Shown here in pieces: positions 27,622 to 36,149 of a stretch of DNA of 64,000 nucleotides. The stretch is from NCBI GenBank assembly GCA_963840065.1, contig CAWIXF010000007.1, positions 23,955 through 87,954 on the forward strand. The letters run 5' to 3'. This DNA comes from an uncultured Alphaproteobacteria bacterium (GTDB taxonomy: Bacteria > Pseudomonadota > Alphaproteobacteria > Rhizobiales > Xanthobacteraceae). The notes beneath the pieces are model-generated. The model ran no database searches. It was not told the origin of the DNA and saw nothing but the letters and a program-made list of their open reading frames with translations. Every line of letters starts with the position of its first letter. The stretch's first letter is position 1. Made by a program: the position numbers and the translations under genes.

Positions 27622-28323
27622 ATGCGCGTTTTATTGATCGAAGACGACAGCGCGACCGCTCAATCCATCGAGCTGATGCTCAAATCCGAGAGCTTCAACG
27701 TCTACACCACCGATCTCGGTGAGGAAGGCGTCGATCTCGGCAAGCTCTACGATTACGACATCATCCTGCTCGACCTGAACCTGCCCGACATGTCGGGATT
27801 CGAGGTTTTGCGGTCCCTGCGGGTGTCGAAGGTGAAGACCCCGATCCTGATCCTGTCCGGCCTCGCCGGCATCGAGGACAAGGTCCGGGGGCTCGGCTTC
27901 GGCGCCGACGACTACATGACCAAGCCGTTCCACAAGGACGAGCTGATCGCCCGCATCCACGCCATCGTGCGTCGGTCGAAGGGCCACGCCCAGTCGGTCA
28001 TCAACACCGGCGACCTGGTGGTCAACCTCGACACCAAGACGGTGGAGGTCGGCGGCCAGCGCGTGCACCTGACCGGCAAGGAATACCAGATGCTCGAGCT
28101 GCTCAGCTTGCGCAAGGGCACCACGCTCACCAAGGAGATGTTCCTCAATCATCTCTATGGCGGCATGGACGAACCTGAACTGAAGATCATCGACGTCTTC
28201 ATCTGCAAGCTGCGCAAGAAGCTGGCGAACGCTTCCAGCGGCAAGAACTACATCGAAACGGTGTGGGGCCGCGGCTACGTCTTGCGCGAGCCCGCCGACG
28301 TCGAAGAGCGCATCCCGGCCTAA
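27622..28323 (+). CDS. ctrA: Cell-cycle master response regulator CtrA
   Basis: [23 protein letters not shown]...[52 protein letters not shown]. Confidence 0.99.
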   Translation: MRVLLIEDDSATAQSIELMLKSESFNVYTTDLGEEGVDLGKLYDYDIILLDLNLPDMSGFEVLRSLRVSKVKTPILILSGLAGIEDKVRGLGFGADDYMTKPFHKDELIARIHAIVRRSKGHAQSVINTGDLVVNLDTKTVEVGGQRVHLTGKEYQMLELLSLRKGTTLTKEMFLNHLYGGMDEPELKIIDVFICKLRKKLANASSGKNYIETVWGRGYVLREPADVEERIPA

Positions 28324-28360
28324 TGCGCATCAAGGTGATGCGCCACTAAAGAGAGTTTCG

Positions 28361-28390
28361 ACGGGGCGCTTCGGCGCCCCGTTTTGTTTT
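28361..28390 (+). terminator. Intrinsic terminator after ctrA
   Basis: acggggcgc-ttcg-gcgccccgt-tttgtttt. Confidence 0.9.
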
Positions 28391-28592
28391 AGGGCGGCGC
28401 CGAGGCGCTGCCGACAGGACGGCCACAGGTTTTCGGAATTTCGTTGCCAGCGCGTCTGCGACGCGACCCGGCCTTCCCGCGTGGCGTATCAGTCGAGCCC
28501 TCACGGGCTCTCTCCCCCAACTTCACCCCCGGCAAAAGCCCGGGGTTTTTTAGTGTTCGGATTGTTCGCGAAACGGGGTGCGTGACGGCGCA

Positions 28593-29033
28593 TTACGCCG
28601 AATGTACCAAATTCCAATGATAGTGAGGCGTCCGTTCCCCGCGCAGGAAGCGAACGGCGTCGATTGTGTCTACGACAAGCGAAACCACATTCGTGCCGAA
28701 CAGCAAGAGGAGCCAATTGGCTAGCGCCGGGTCACCCATGATGGTGTCGATCCGGGTTCCCATCCAAACGAACATCGGAATCCAAAAAACATGGGTCGAC
28801 CCGAGAATGCGGGAGAACCCGATGCGTTGATAGATCAGTGTCTGCGCCACAACCGCGATCGCGGTCACCGCAAGGACGACCTGCGCCTCGATATGCGTGA
28901 TGAAGTAGAGACACGCAATGTTGACGCCAACAAGCCACACGCACCAAATGCGCGGAACGGGCCGGAACCGCAGAAAGACCACACCGAACAATTCCAGCAT
29001 GCGTATCAGAAAGCCGATCATATACATCTCCAT
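28593..29033 (-). CDS. Small multi-TM membrane protein
   Basis: About 4 hydrophobic helices; divergent from the HxlR regulator. Confidence 0.75.
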   Translation of the reverse strand: MEMYMIGFLIRMLELFGVVFLRFRPVPRIWCVWLVGVNIACLYFITHIEAQVVLAVTAIAVVAQTLIYQRIGFSRILGSTHVFWIPMFVWMGTRIDTIMGDPALANWLLLLFGTNVVSLVVDTIDAVRFLRGERTPHYHWNLVHSA

Positions 29034-29163
29034 CGCAGTGGGCTGATCCAGCCGCCGGAATGGAATAGGCGCACGAGGGCCCTTTTCGATACTGCGCCAT
29101 GCGGAGCAATCAACTACGCTATGCGTAGTTGACCAGCCAGCGGCAACAGGCGAGAGACACCCT

Positions 29164-29883
29164 ATGCGCCAATACGGTCAGTTCTGCCCGATTGCAAAAT
29201 CGGCCGAGATCATCGGCGATCCCTGGTCGATCCTGATCGTGCGGGAGATGCTGCTCGGAAGCAGCAGGTTTAATGTTCTGCAGCGCGGCCTTCCCCGCAT
29301 CTCTCCAACGGTTCTCAATACGCGCTTGAAGGAGTTGGAAGAGCGCGGCGTGATTATCAAGCGCCGTCTGAACGGCCAGCGCGGCCACGCTTATCACCTC
29401 ACGGCGGCGGGGCGCGAGCTGTCCGCGGTGGTTGAGGCGCTGGCGATCTGGGGTATGCGATGGGCGCGGGACGAGATGGGGCCGGACGATCGCGACGTTT
29501 CCTTCCTGATGTTCGATATCCAGCGCCGAATTAACAAGTCGGCGCTGCCGGACGCGGAAACTGTGCTGTGCTTCCAGTTTACGGACATAAAGAAAAAGAA
29601 CTTTCGTTACTGGTGGCTCATCTTCAAAGGCGACGAAGTGGACCTCTGCTACGAAGATCCCGGCAAGGATGTGGATTGCTACGTCACCAGCTCCTCACGC
29701 GACATGATCGATATTTGGATGGGTGATATTCCGCTGTCGAAATCATTGCAAAACGGACGCATTCAGCTTACCGGCGAACGTCATTTATGCCGGACTTTCT
29801 CAAGGTGGTTTACACTCTCGGCGATGGCGAAGACGGCGAGACCGACACAAGGAGAAAGGCAATCCGGCGATTGGCCCACGTAA
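29164..29883 (+). CDS. HxlR-family winged-helix regulator with C-terminal SCP2-like domain
   Basis: MRQYGQFCPIAKSAEIIGDPWSILIVREML...RFNVLQRGLPRISPTVLNTRLKELE...YHLTAAGREL. Confidence 0.92.
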   Translation: MRQYGQFCPIAKSAEIIGDPWSILIVREMLLGSSRFNVLQRGLPRISPTVLNTRLKELEERGVIIKRRLNGQRGHAYHLTAAGRELSAVVEALAIWGMRWARDEMGPDDRDVSFLMFDIQRRINKSALPDAETVLCFQFTDIKKKNFRYWWLIFKGDEVDLCYEDPGKDVDCYVTSSSRDMIDIWMGDIPLSKSLQNGRIQLTGERHLCRTFSRWFTLSAMAKTARPTQGERQSGDWPT

Positions 29884-29899
29884 AAGCCAGGGACCCAAT

Positions 29900-29974
29900 G
29901 ACGGCGCGCTTCGGCGTCCCTTTCGTTTTCGGGCGCGAGGCGCTGCCAACTTCACCCCGGGCAAAAGCCCGGGG
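29900..29974. repeat. Degenerate copy of the ctrA 3' terminator region (matches 28360-28412 joined to 28517-28545)
   Basis: gacggcgcgcttcggcgtccc...gaggcgctgcc versus gacggggcgcttcggcgcccc...gaggcgctgcc; ccaacttcacccc(g/c)ggcaaaagcccgggg, 28/29 identical. Confidence 0.85.
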
Positions 29975-30006
29975 CTCTTTCATTGGCTGCCGAACGCACG
30001 AGCCGC

Positions 30007-30411
30007 CTAAGGATAGATCGTGACGTTTTCCTGTTGCGATTTTGCGCCGTTTGTTTTGACAGTCCCCGCGCCTGCAGACACGAGCGCATAGATTTCCGCC
30101 GTATCGTCGTTCCAGAACTCGCAATCGTTCAGTATGCCGTGGGGCACGATGACGCCGGTGTGAAAGCATTGAAAACCGGTGTCGTGAACGCCAATCTGAA
30201 AGCTCGAGTCCGTCTTCAGCTTGTCGTCATAGAAACTGTCGGCGTCATACACTTCGATTTTCACGTTCAGCAGTTTTCCGCCAAGAAGCCTGAGCGCTTC
30301 GGTATTCAAATGAATCGTTCCGCCGACGGTGAGATTGAGGTCCTCATTGGCGCCACGCCCCGGGTTTTCGACGAAGATCCAGGCGCCCAACATGTAAGCT
30401 TTCGCGGCCAT
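30007..30411 (-). CDS. Hypothetical protein (beta-rich, unrecognised)
   Basis: 134-aa ORF with AGGA upstream; natural-looking composition. Confidence 0.6.
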   Translation of the reverse strand: MAAKAYMLGAWIFVENPGRGANEDLNLTVGGTIHLNTEALRLLGGKLLNVKIEVYDADSFYDDKLKTDSSFQIGVHDTGFQCFHTGVIVPHGILNDCEFWNDDTAEIYALVSAGAGTVKTNGAKSQQENVTIYP

Positions 30412-30704
30412 TTTCGCGTCCTTTTCTGACTGACGGGTGCTTCCGCCTCCTACGCAATGCGGGCACGGCTCAAGGCGACTGGTTGTTGCAAAGAAAGGCG
30501 ATCGTTGCGCGACCAGGACGACTGCTTTCGAACCGGCCTTGCGGCAATCCTGCTGCGCGCCGGATTGCGGGCCGGTTAGCGGTATCGTTCAACTTGGTCG
30601 AAAGGTATCTGCGTAGTTTGGCTTATTCGTCGGCATCCGGGACGCTGGCCGCTGGTCATTCTCGCGCGCCAATGTGGCCAGCAGGTCGCATGCCGCCGTT
30701 CCTC

Positions 30705-30750
30705 GAAAGCGGACAAACACTGGGACCGTTGGAGTGTCCGCTAAGTGCCA
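30705..30750. repeat. Short AAAGCGGACA/TGTCCGCT hairpin of a type frequent in rhizobial accessory DNA
   Basis: AGCGGACA (30708-15) inverted with TGTCCGCT (30735-42); related motifs near 50265 and 51193. Confidence 0.55.
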
Positions 30751-31810
30751 CTTGCGTCATTCGCTGAAACGCAAAAAAGCAGTGAGACTTTTCGCCGTTT
30801 CAGATGAACCACCCCATGGCATTCGATGCCGGGAGCGGTCGCCGCCCACACCGCCATTCGCGTCCTTCGCGCCGCTATATGCAGCGTCGCTTTTCGATCA
30901 CCGCGTCGACGAAGGCGAGCGGCGTCGATATCTCCCCATGAGGGAATACATCGTTCCTCGATATTGCGGTCGCGACCAACGACCAATATCGAGCCGTCAC
31001 TGGTTGGTGCTTTCCACAGGCCTTCTTTGATGCCCCGCGGGCGACGTCGCTGGCCTTTTCACCATGAACTCGCATCTTATCAACTGCCGCACTTTGGATG
31101 CGCGCTCTATATGCTTCGGGCAACTTCCGCAGCATGGGCATTTTCGAACCTTTACCCTTGAAGCTATTTTCTGCCTTCCTCACGCATGGCTAGCCCGCCT
31201 TTGCTCGACCACCTTATCGGCGCGTCCGAGCAGCGCGCTGCGCGGTGAAGCCCGATACTTGCCGTGTTTCGTTCCAACTAATGAAGAACTTTTGATGGCA
31301 CTCTTGAAATTCTCGGTGCTGGCGTTTGCGAGCCTAAAAATAGGTGCGAGCACATCACCAGTACCAGAATTTCGTTTCGCTCCGCCTCGGGCAGTGCGGG
31401 CGCTGCGATGGTTATCCAATCTCGCAGCCCATCTTCTGCGCCTTCCTCGTGTAATTGCTTACACAAATTCATGAATAGCGTTACCGCTTGGATTTCCTCC
31501 GTGACTTAAAGTTTTGAGGTCCTTCAGGATAAGCTCTTCTGTGAGTATCGCTCGCGCCATTTCACGCTCCCGTACTTAGGCGGGAGCGCAAAGCGTCTCT
31601 CAGTCACCGGCGCCTGGGTGAGCCGTTGATGCATCACGCTTGACGAATTCGCCCTACAGGTCTGGTCAAAAAAAACCACTTCTAAAGTTCTACACAATTA
31701 TTTCAATTTCTGCTTCGCTACGGTAGCATGAAGGCTGACCAAATGACGCTTATGGTCATTCGCGCACAAGTGGTCGTCAATCAAAACCGACGATTGTCCG
31801 TTGTTGCTCT

Positions 31811-33035
31811 GCCGGCTCAACCGGTCGAAGCAACACAGGCACTGAATCTCTCTGCTGGGGTCTCGAATTGCAAGGTCTCGCGCGGCCGCTCGTTGAGCTG
31901 ACGCGCCACCTTGTTCAGATGGGCTTGCGAGTACACCGAGAGATCGGTTCCCTTTGGAAAGTACTGTCTCAGCAGACCGTTGGTGTTCTCATTCGACCCG
32001 CGCTGCCACGGGCTTTGCGGATCGCAGAAATAGACCTCGATATTGGTCGCCAACGTAAACCGTCGATGATCGGTAAGCTCCTTGCCCCGGTCCCAGGTCA
32101 AGGACTTGTACAGCTCGTTGGGGAGCGCTTTTGCTTGCTTGATGAGTGCGGAGACAACCGTCTGCGTGTCCTTACTGGTCACCTTGGTGAGCATCACGTA
32201 ACGCGTGTGACGCTCGACCAAGGTGGCGATGTAGCTGTTCTTCGAGCCGGACAGCAGATCGCCTTCCCAATGACCAGGGACCGCACGATCTTCTACCGCT
32301 GGCGGCCGCTCTCGGATTGACACGATATCCTTGATCTGCCCCCGCCTATCGCCAGTCGGGTCCATCCGCTTGGATCGACGTATCGTCCGCTTCGATCGAA
32401 GGTGGCCAAGCAGCTCTTTCTTTAGCACGCCGCGGGCTTGAACAAACAGGCTGCGATAGATCGTCTCGTGTGACACGTGACAACGCTCATCTTCAGAATA
32501 GGCTCTCTTGAGCCAACCGGCGATCTGCTCCGGCGACCAGTTTGATCTGAGCTTGCTCGCCACCGCCTGCCGGAGCTGCGGGTTGTTCGCCAACTTACAA
32601 CGTTTTGGTCGAAGGGCTCGGGCCCAGGCCTGTTCATCTGCTGCTGCGGCTCGGTAGCGATCATAGCCGCAATTGCGCTTGAGCTCTCGACTTACCGTCG
32701 AGACCGAACGGCCCAGTAACCGAGCCATCGATCGGCAAGATTGATGCGCTGCAATGCTTCTGGAGATCTCTTCGCGTTCCGAAAGCGTCAACGCCAACCG
32801 CGAGCGACGCCGTGACGCAGGCCGAATCCCGCCGTGCGGGGCAACCTGATTATAAATAGATGAGGACGGCTTGCCAAACGTTCGCCCAATCGCTTTGAGC
32901 GACTCCCCCCGCTGCCAGCGATCCCATAACTCCGTCTTCTCCGCTGCGGTAAAACCACGACGAAATCTCTGATCCATCGTCACACTCCATCTTATGCGTC
33001 TAAGATAAAGTGTTGCGTCGACCTATTGAGACCAC
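31811..33035 (-). mobile_element. IS30-family insertion sequence (exact outer ends uncertain by a few bp)
   Basis: Inverted repeats tcaaccggtcgaagcaacac (31817-31836) and gtgttgcgtcgacctattga (33010-33029), 17/20 match. Confidence 0.9.
31817..32983 (-). CDS. IS30-family DDE transposase, intact
   Basis: SHETIYRSL, GHWEGDL, SLTWDRGKE, YFCDPQSPWQRGSNENTNGLLRQYFPKG. Confidence 0.97.
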   Translation of the reverse strand: MTMDQRFRRGFTAAEKTELWDRWQRGESLKAIGRTFGKPSSSIYNQVAPHGGIRPASRRRSRLALTLSEREEISRSIAAHQSCRSMARLLGRSVSTVSRELKRNCGYDRYRAAAADEQAWARALRPKRCKLANNPQLRQAVASKLRSNWSPEQIAGWLKRAYSEDERCHVSHETIYRSLFVQARGVLKKELLGHLRSKRTIRRSKRMDPTGDRRGQIKDIVSIRERPPAVEDRAVPGHWEGDLLSGSKNSYIATLVERHTRYVMLTKVTSKDTQTVVSALIKQAKALPNELYKSLTWDRGKELTDHRRFTLATNIEVYFCDPQSPWQRGSNENTNGLLRQYFPKGTDLSVYSQAHLNKVARQLNERPRETLQFETPAERFSACVASTG

Positions 33036-33054
33036 CCTCCCATAACGGACGTGA

Positions 33055-33104
33055 GGCGGCGGACTCACATCGGTATTACGCTGCCGGCTTGTGAGTCCGC
33101 GCCC
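33055..33104. mobile_element. 50-bp miniature element made of two IS5-type terminal repeats
   Basis: ggcggcggactcaca-N20-tgtgagtccgcgccc; the right arm is 14/15 identical to the IS5 remnant end at 51525-51539. Confidence 0.6.
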
Positions 33105-33184
33105 AATTTCCCCGCCTGTTTCTCCGCATAGGCATCCACCAACGCACGGTTGGAGAGTGACGCCTCAAGGATGCGCGGGCGCGA

Positions 33185-34063
33185 TCACGCCTTGGCCGCG
33201 AACTGCAACACCCTGTTCGCGGCGGACGGCGCGGCTTGCGCGTAACGCGCGGCGACGTTCGGCACGTAGAGCCCGCGCCTGTCTGCGAGCGGCTTGAAGC
33301 TCTCGGTCAACCCCACCACCGTTTCGGCCGCGCCCAGCACCAGGTAGCCGTCGTCCGCTATCTGCTTCGCGATGCGCTCAAGCACGCCGATCTTGGTCTG
33401 TTGGTCGAAATAGATCAGCACGTTGCGGCAGTACACCACGTCGAAGGTGCCGAGCGGGCAGAAGTCGGCGAGCAAATTGAGCGGGCGGAACTGCACCATA
33501 CCGCGGATTTCGGGCGCGATCTGCCAGCGCTCGCCGACCTGGGCGAAATACTTCATCAGCAACTGAATCGGCAGACCGCGCTGCACCTCGAACTGGCTGT
33601 AGATGCCGGCGCGCGCGCGCGCGAGCACATCGCCGCAGAGATCGGTCGCCAGAATCTGCACCTTGATGCCGGCAAGGGCGGCGCCCATGCCCTTGAGCGC
33701 CATCGCCAGCGAATAGGGCTCCTGCCCGGTCGAGGCGGCGGCACACCAGATGCGGATCGTCCTGTCGCGCCCGCGCGCGGCGATCAGCGCCGGCATGATG
33801 GTGTCGCGGAAATGTTCGAAGGGCAGCTTGTCGCGGAAGAAGAAGGTCTCGTTGGTGGTCATGGCATCGACCACGTCGGCCGTAAGGCTCTCTGCCTGCG
33901 GCGCTTTCAACAGTTGCACCAGCTCTGTCAGCGTGCTCATGCCGTTTTTGCGCGCGAGCGGCAGAAGCCTGCTCTCGGCGAGATACTGCTTCTCCGGCGC
34001 CAAGACGAGGCCGGAACGTTCTTTCAGCAGCTTGCGCAGGAAGCCGAAATCGTCAGGCGTCAT
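33185..34063 (-). CDS. cheR: Chemotaxis methyltransferase CheR
   Basis: [40 protein letters not shown]; start at 34063 overlaps the cheB stop. Confidence 0.97.
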   Translation of the reverse strand: MTPDDFGFLRKLLKERSGLVLAPEKQYLAESRLLPLARKNGMSTLTELVQLLKAPQAESLTADVVDAMTTNETFFFRDKLPFEHFRDTIMPALIAARGRDRTIRIWCAAASTGQEPYSLAMALKGMGAALAGIKVQILATDLCGDVLARARAGIYSQFEVQRGLPIQLLMKYFAQVGERWQIAPEIRGMVQFRPLNLLADFCPLGTFDVVYCRNVLIYFDQQTKIGVLERIAKQIADDGYLVLGAAETVVGLTESFKPLADRRGLYVPNVAARYAQAAPSAANRVLQFAAKA

Positions 34064-35205
34064 GCGCGCGCTCCCGCGAACAGGCGGTTGAGCTCGCGCG
34101 GGATTTCTTTCAGCGGCAGCACGGCAGAGCAGAGGCCGGCGTGCGCGACCTGGCCCGGCATACCCCAGACCACGCTTGATGCCTCGTCCTGCGCGATGAC
34201 GTGGCCGCCGGCGGCGACGATCGCCTTGGCGCCTTCGAGCCCGTCGTGTCCCATGCCGGTGAGCACCAGCGCCATCGCCTTGCAGCCCCACGCTGCGGCG
34301 GCGGAGGAAAACAGCGGATCGACGGCCGGCCTGCAGAAATTGACCATCGGGCCGTCTTCCAGCGCGATGACGGCGGCGCCACCGCGGCGGGCGACCTTCA
34401 TATGTCTGCCGCCGGGGGCAATATAGATGGTGCCGGCGTTGATCGTCTCGCCATCGCACGCCTCGTGCACCGGCCGCTTGACGACACGCGCAAGATGCTC
34501 GGCCATGATTGCGGTGAAGGTCGGCGGCATGTGCTGGGTGATCAGCACCGGCGCGCCGTCGATCACGCTACTGATCTGCGAGGCCACGGTATTGAGCGCC
34601 TGCGGGCCGCCGGTGGAGGCACCGATGAGAAGCACGCGCGGCGGGGTAACCGGCATCGGCCGCAACACCAGACCGGGAGTCGCCTGCTGCGGCTTGGCAG
34701 CCGGCTGCAGCGGCGGCACAGCACGTTCCGGCAGGCGCTTGACGACCCGCAAACTTTTGGCGCGCTGGCCGAGGACCCGGATTTTTTCCAGAAGCTCGCG
34801 GCGGAAGACGGGCGATCCGGTAATGTCGCGGTTGCTTTCCGGCTTGGGGATGTAATCGGCGGCGCCGAGCGACAGCGCGCGCAGGGAGATTTCGGCGTTC
34901 CTGCGCGTCAGCGTCGAGGCCATGATGACGACGAGATCACGCTTCTTTTCGAGCAGCAGCGGCAGCGCGGCAATGCCGTCCATCTCCGGCATATCGACGT
35001 CGAGGACGACGACATCGGGATTGGCACGCTCCACTTGATTGACGGCCTCACGGCCGGTGCGCAGCGATGCGACAAGCTCGAGGTCGGCTTCGCCCGCCAC
35101 CCAGCGCGCAAACAGGCCGCGCACGACCACGGCGTCATCCACGATCATGACGCGGACGCGGCCGCTGAAATCGGCGGTGGACTTGGGAGCGACGGCGATA
35201 TTCAT
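34060..35205 (-). CDS. cheB: Chemotaxis methylesterase CheB
   Basis: REC domain plus [25 protein letters not shown]. Confidence 0.97.
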   Translation of the reverse strand: MNIAVAPKSTADFSGRVRVMIVDDAVVVRGLFARWVAGEADLELVASLRTGREAVNQVERANPDVVVLDVDMPEMDGIAALPLLLEKKRDLVVIMASTLTRRNAEISLRALSLGAADYIPKPESNRDITGSPVFRRELLEKIRVLGQRAKSLRVVKRLPERAVPPLQPAAKPQQATPGLVLRPMPVTPPRVLLIGASTGGPQALNTVASQISSVIDGAPVLITQHMPPTFTAIMAEHLARVVKRPVHEACDGETINAGTIYIAPGGRHMKVARRGGAAVIALEDGPMVNFCRPAVDPLFSSAAAAWGCKAMALVLTGMGHDGLEGAKAIVAAGGHVIAQDEASSVVWGMPGQVAHAGLCSAVLPLKEIPRELNRLFAGARA

Positions 35206-35247
35206 CGGGCGCGCGCCTTTATTCCTGTTGCCGGCGAGCCGGCGGCG

Positions 35248-35613
35248 TCAGATCAGCCCGACTTCCTGAAACTTGGCTTCGACGATCTCCTTGTCGAATG
35301 GTTTCATGATGTATTCGTTGGCGCCGGCATGCAGCGCGCGTGCGATATGCGCGACGTCGTTCTCGGTGGTACAGAATACGACCTTCGGCGCGTCGCCACC
35401 CGGCAACTTACGCAGCATGCGCAGGAATTCGTAGCCGTCCACCTTCGGCATGTTCCAATCGAGCAGGATGGCCTCGGGCATTTGCCGCTTACAGGCTTCG
35501 AGCGCCTGCTCGCCATCCTCCGCCTCCACGATTTCGAACTCGAGACCTTCCAGGATTCTCCGCGCCACTTTGCGAATGACGCTAGAATCGTCGACTACCA
35601 AGCACGTTTTCAT
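35248..35613 (-). CDS. cheY: Single-domain response regulator CheY
   Basis: MKTCLVVDDSSVIRKV...LLDWNMP...YIMKPFD. Confidence 0.95.
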   Translation of the reverse strand: MKTCLVVDDSSVIRKVARRILEGLEFEIVEAEDGEQALEACKRQMPEAILLDWNMPKVDGYEFLRMLRKLPGGDAPKVVFCTTENDVAHIARALHAGANEYIMKPFDKEIVEAKFQEVGLI

Positions 35614-35675
35614 CGCACGCCCTCGCTATTCTGGCTCAGATGCCAAATTCGTTGCATGTTCAGGTTTCCAAATCC

Positions 35676-36149
35676 TTATGCCGCGATCGCCGCGCCGCCG
35701 CAGTCGAGAACGCGATCGACGTCGATGATCACGAGCAGTTGCCTTTCCAGGCGGAAAATCCCAGCCGATACCCGCGCCAGCCTGGAATCGAGATTGACCG
35801 GGTTAGACTCGCAGGCGGCTTCGTCAAGCTTGAGCACTTCGCCGATGCTATCGATCAGGAGCCCGTAGGACTCGCCGTCCAGCTCCACGCCTATCGCCAT
35901 TGCCGGCTTGCCCTCATTGCGCGGTTCGAGCCCGAGGCATGTACGCATATCGACCAGCGTGACGATGCGGCCGCGCAAGTTGAGCACGCCGGCGATCTCC
36001 GGGGGTGCCAGCGGCACGCGGGTCAAACGGTCGGGTTGAAAGACATCCTGCACGCGCAGGATCGGCAGGCCGAACAGCTGACCGCCGATCATGGCGGTGA
36101 CGAATTCATTCAGGTTCTGCGTCGTGTCTGTGCTCATGGCGATTGTCAC
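35676..36149 (-). CDS. cheW: Chemotaxis coupling protein CheW
   Basis: LTRVPLAPPEIAGVLNLRGRIVT. Confidence 0.96.
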   Translation of the reverse strand: MTIAMSTDTTQNLNEFVTAMIGGQLFGLPILRVQDVFQPDRLTRVPLAPPEIAGVLNLRGRIVTLVDMRTCLGLEPRNEGKPAMAIGVELDGESYGLLIDSIGEVLKLDEAACESNPVNLDSRLARVSAGIFRLERQLLVIIDVDRVLDCGGAAIAA

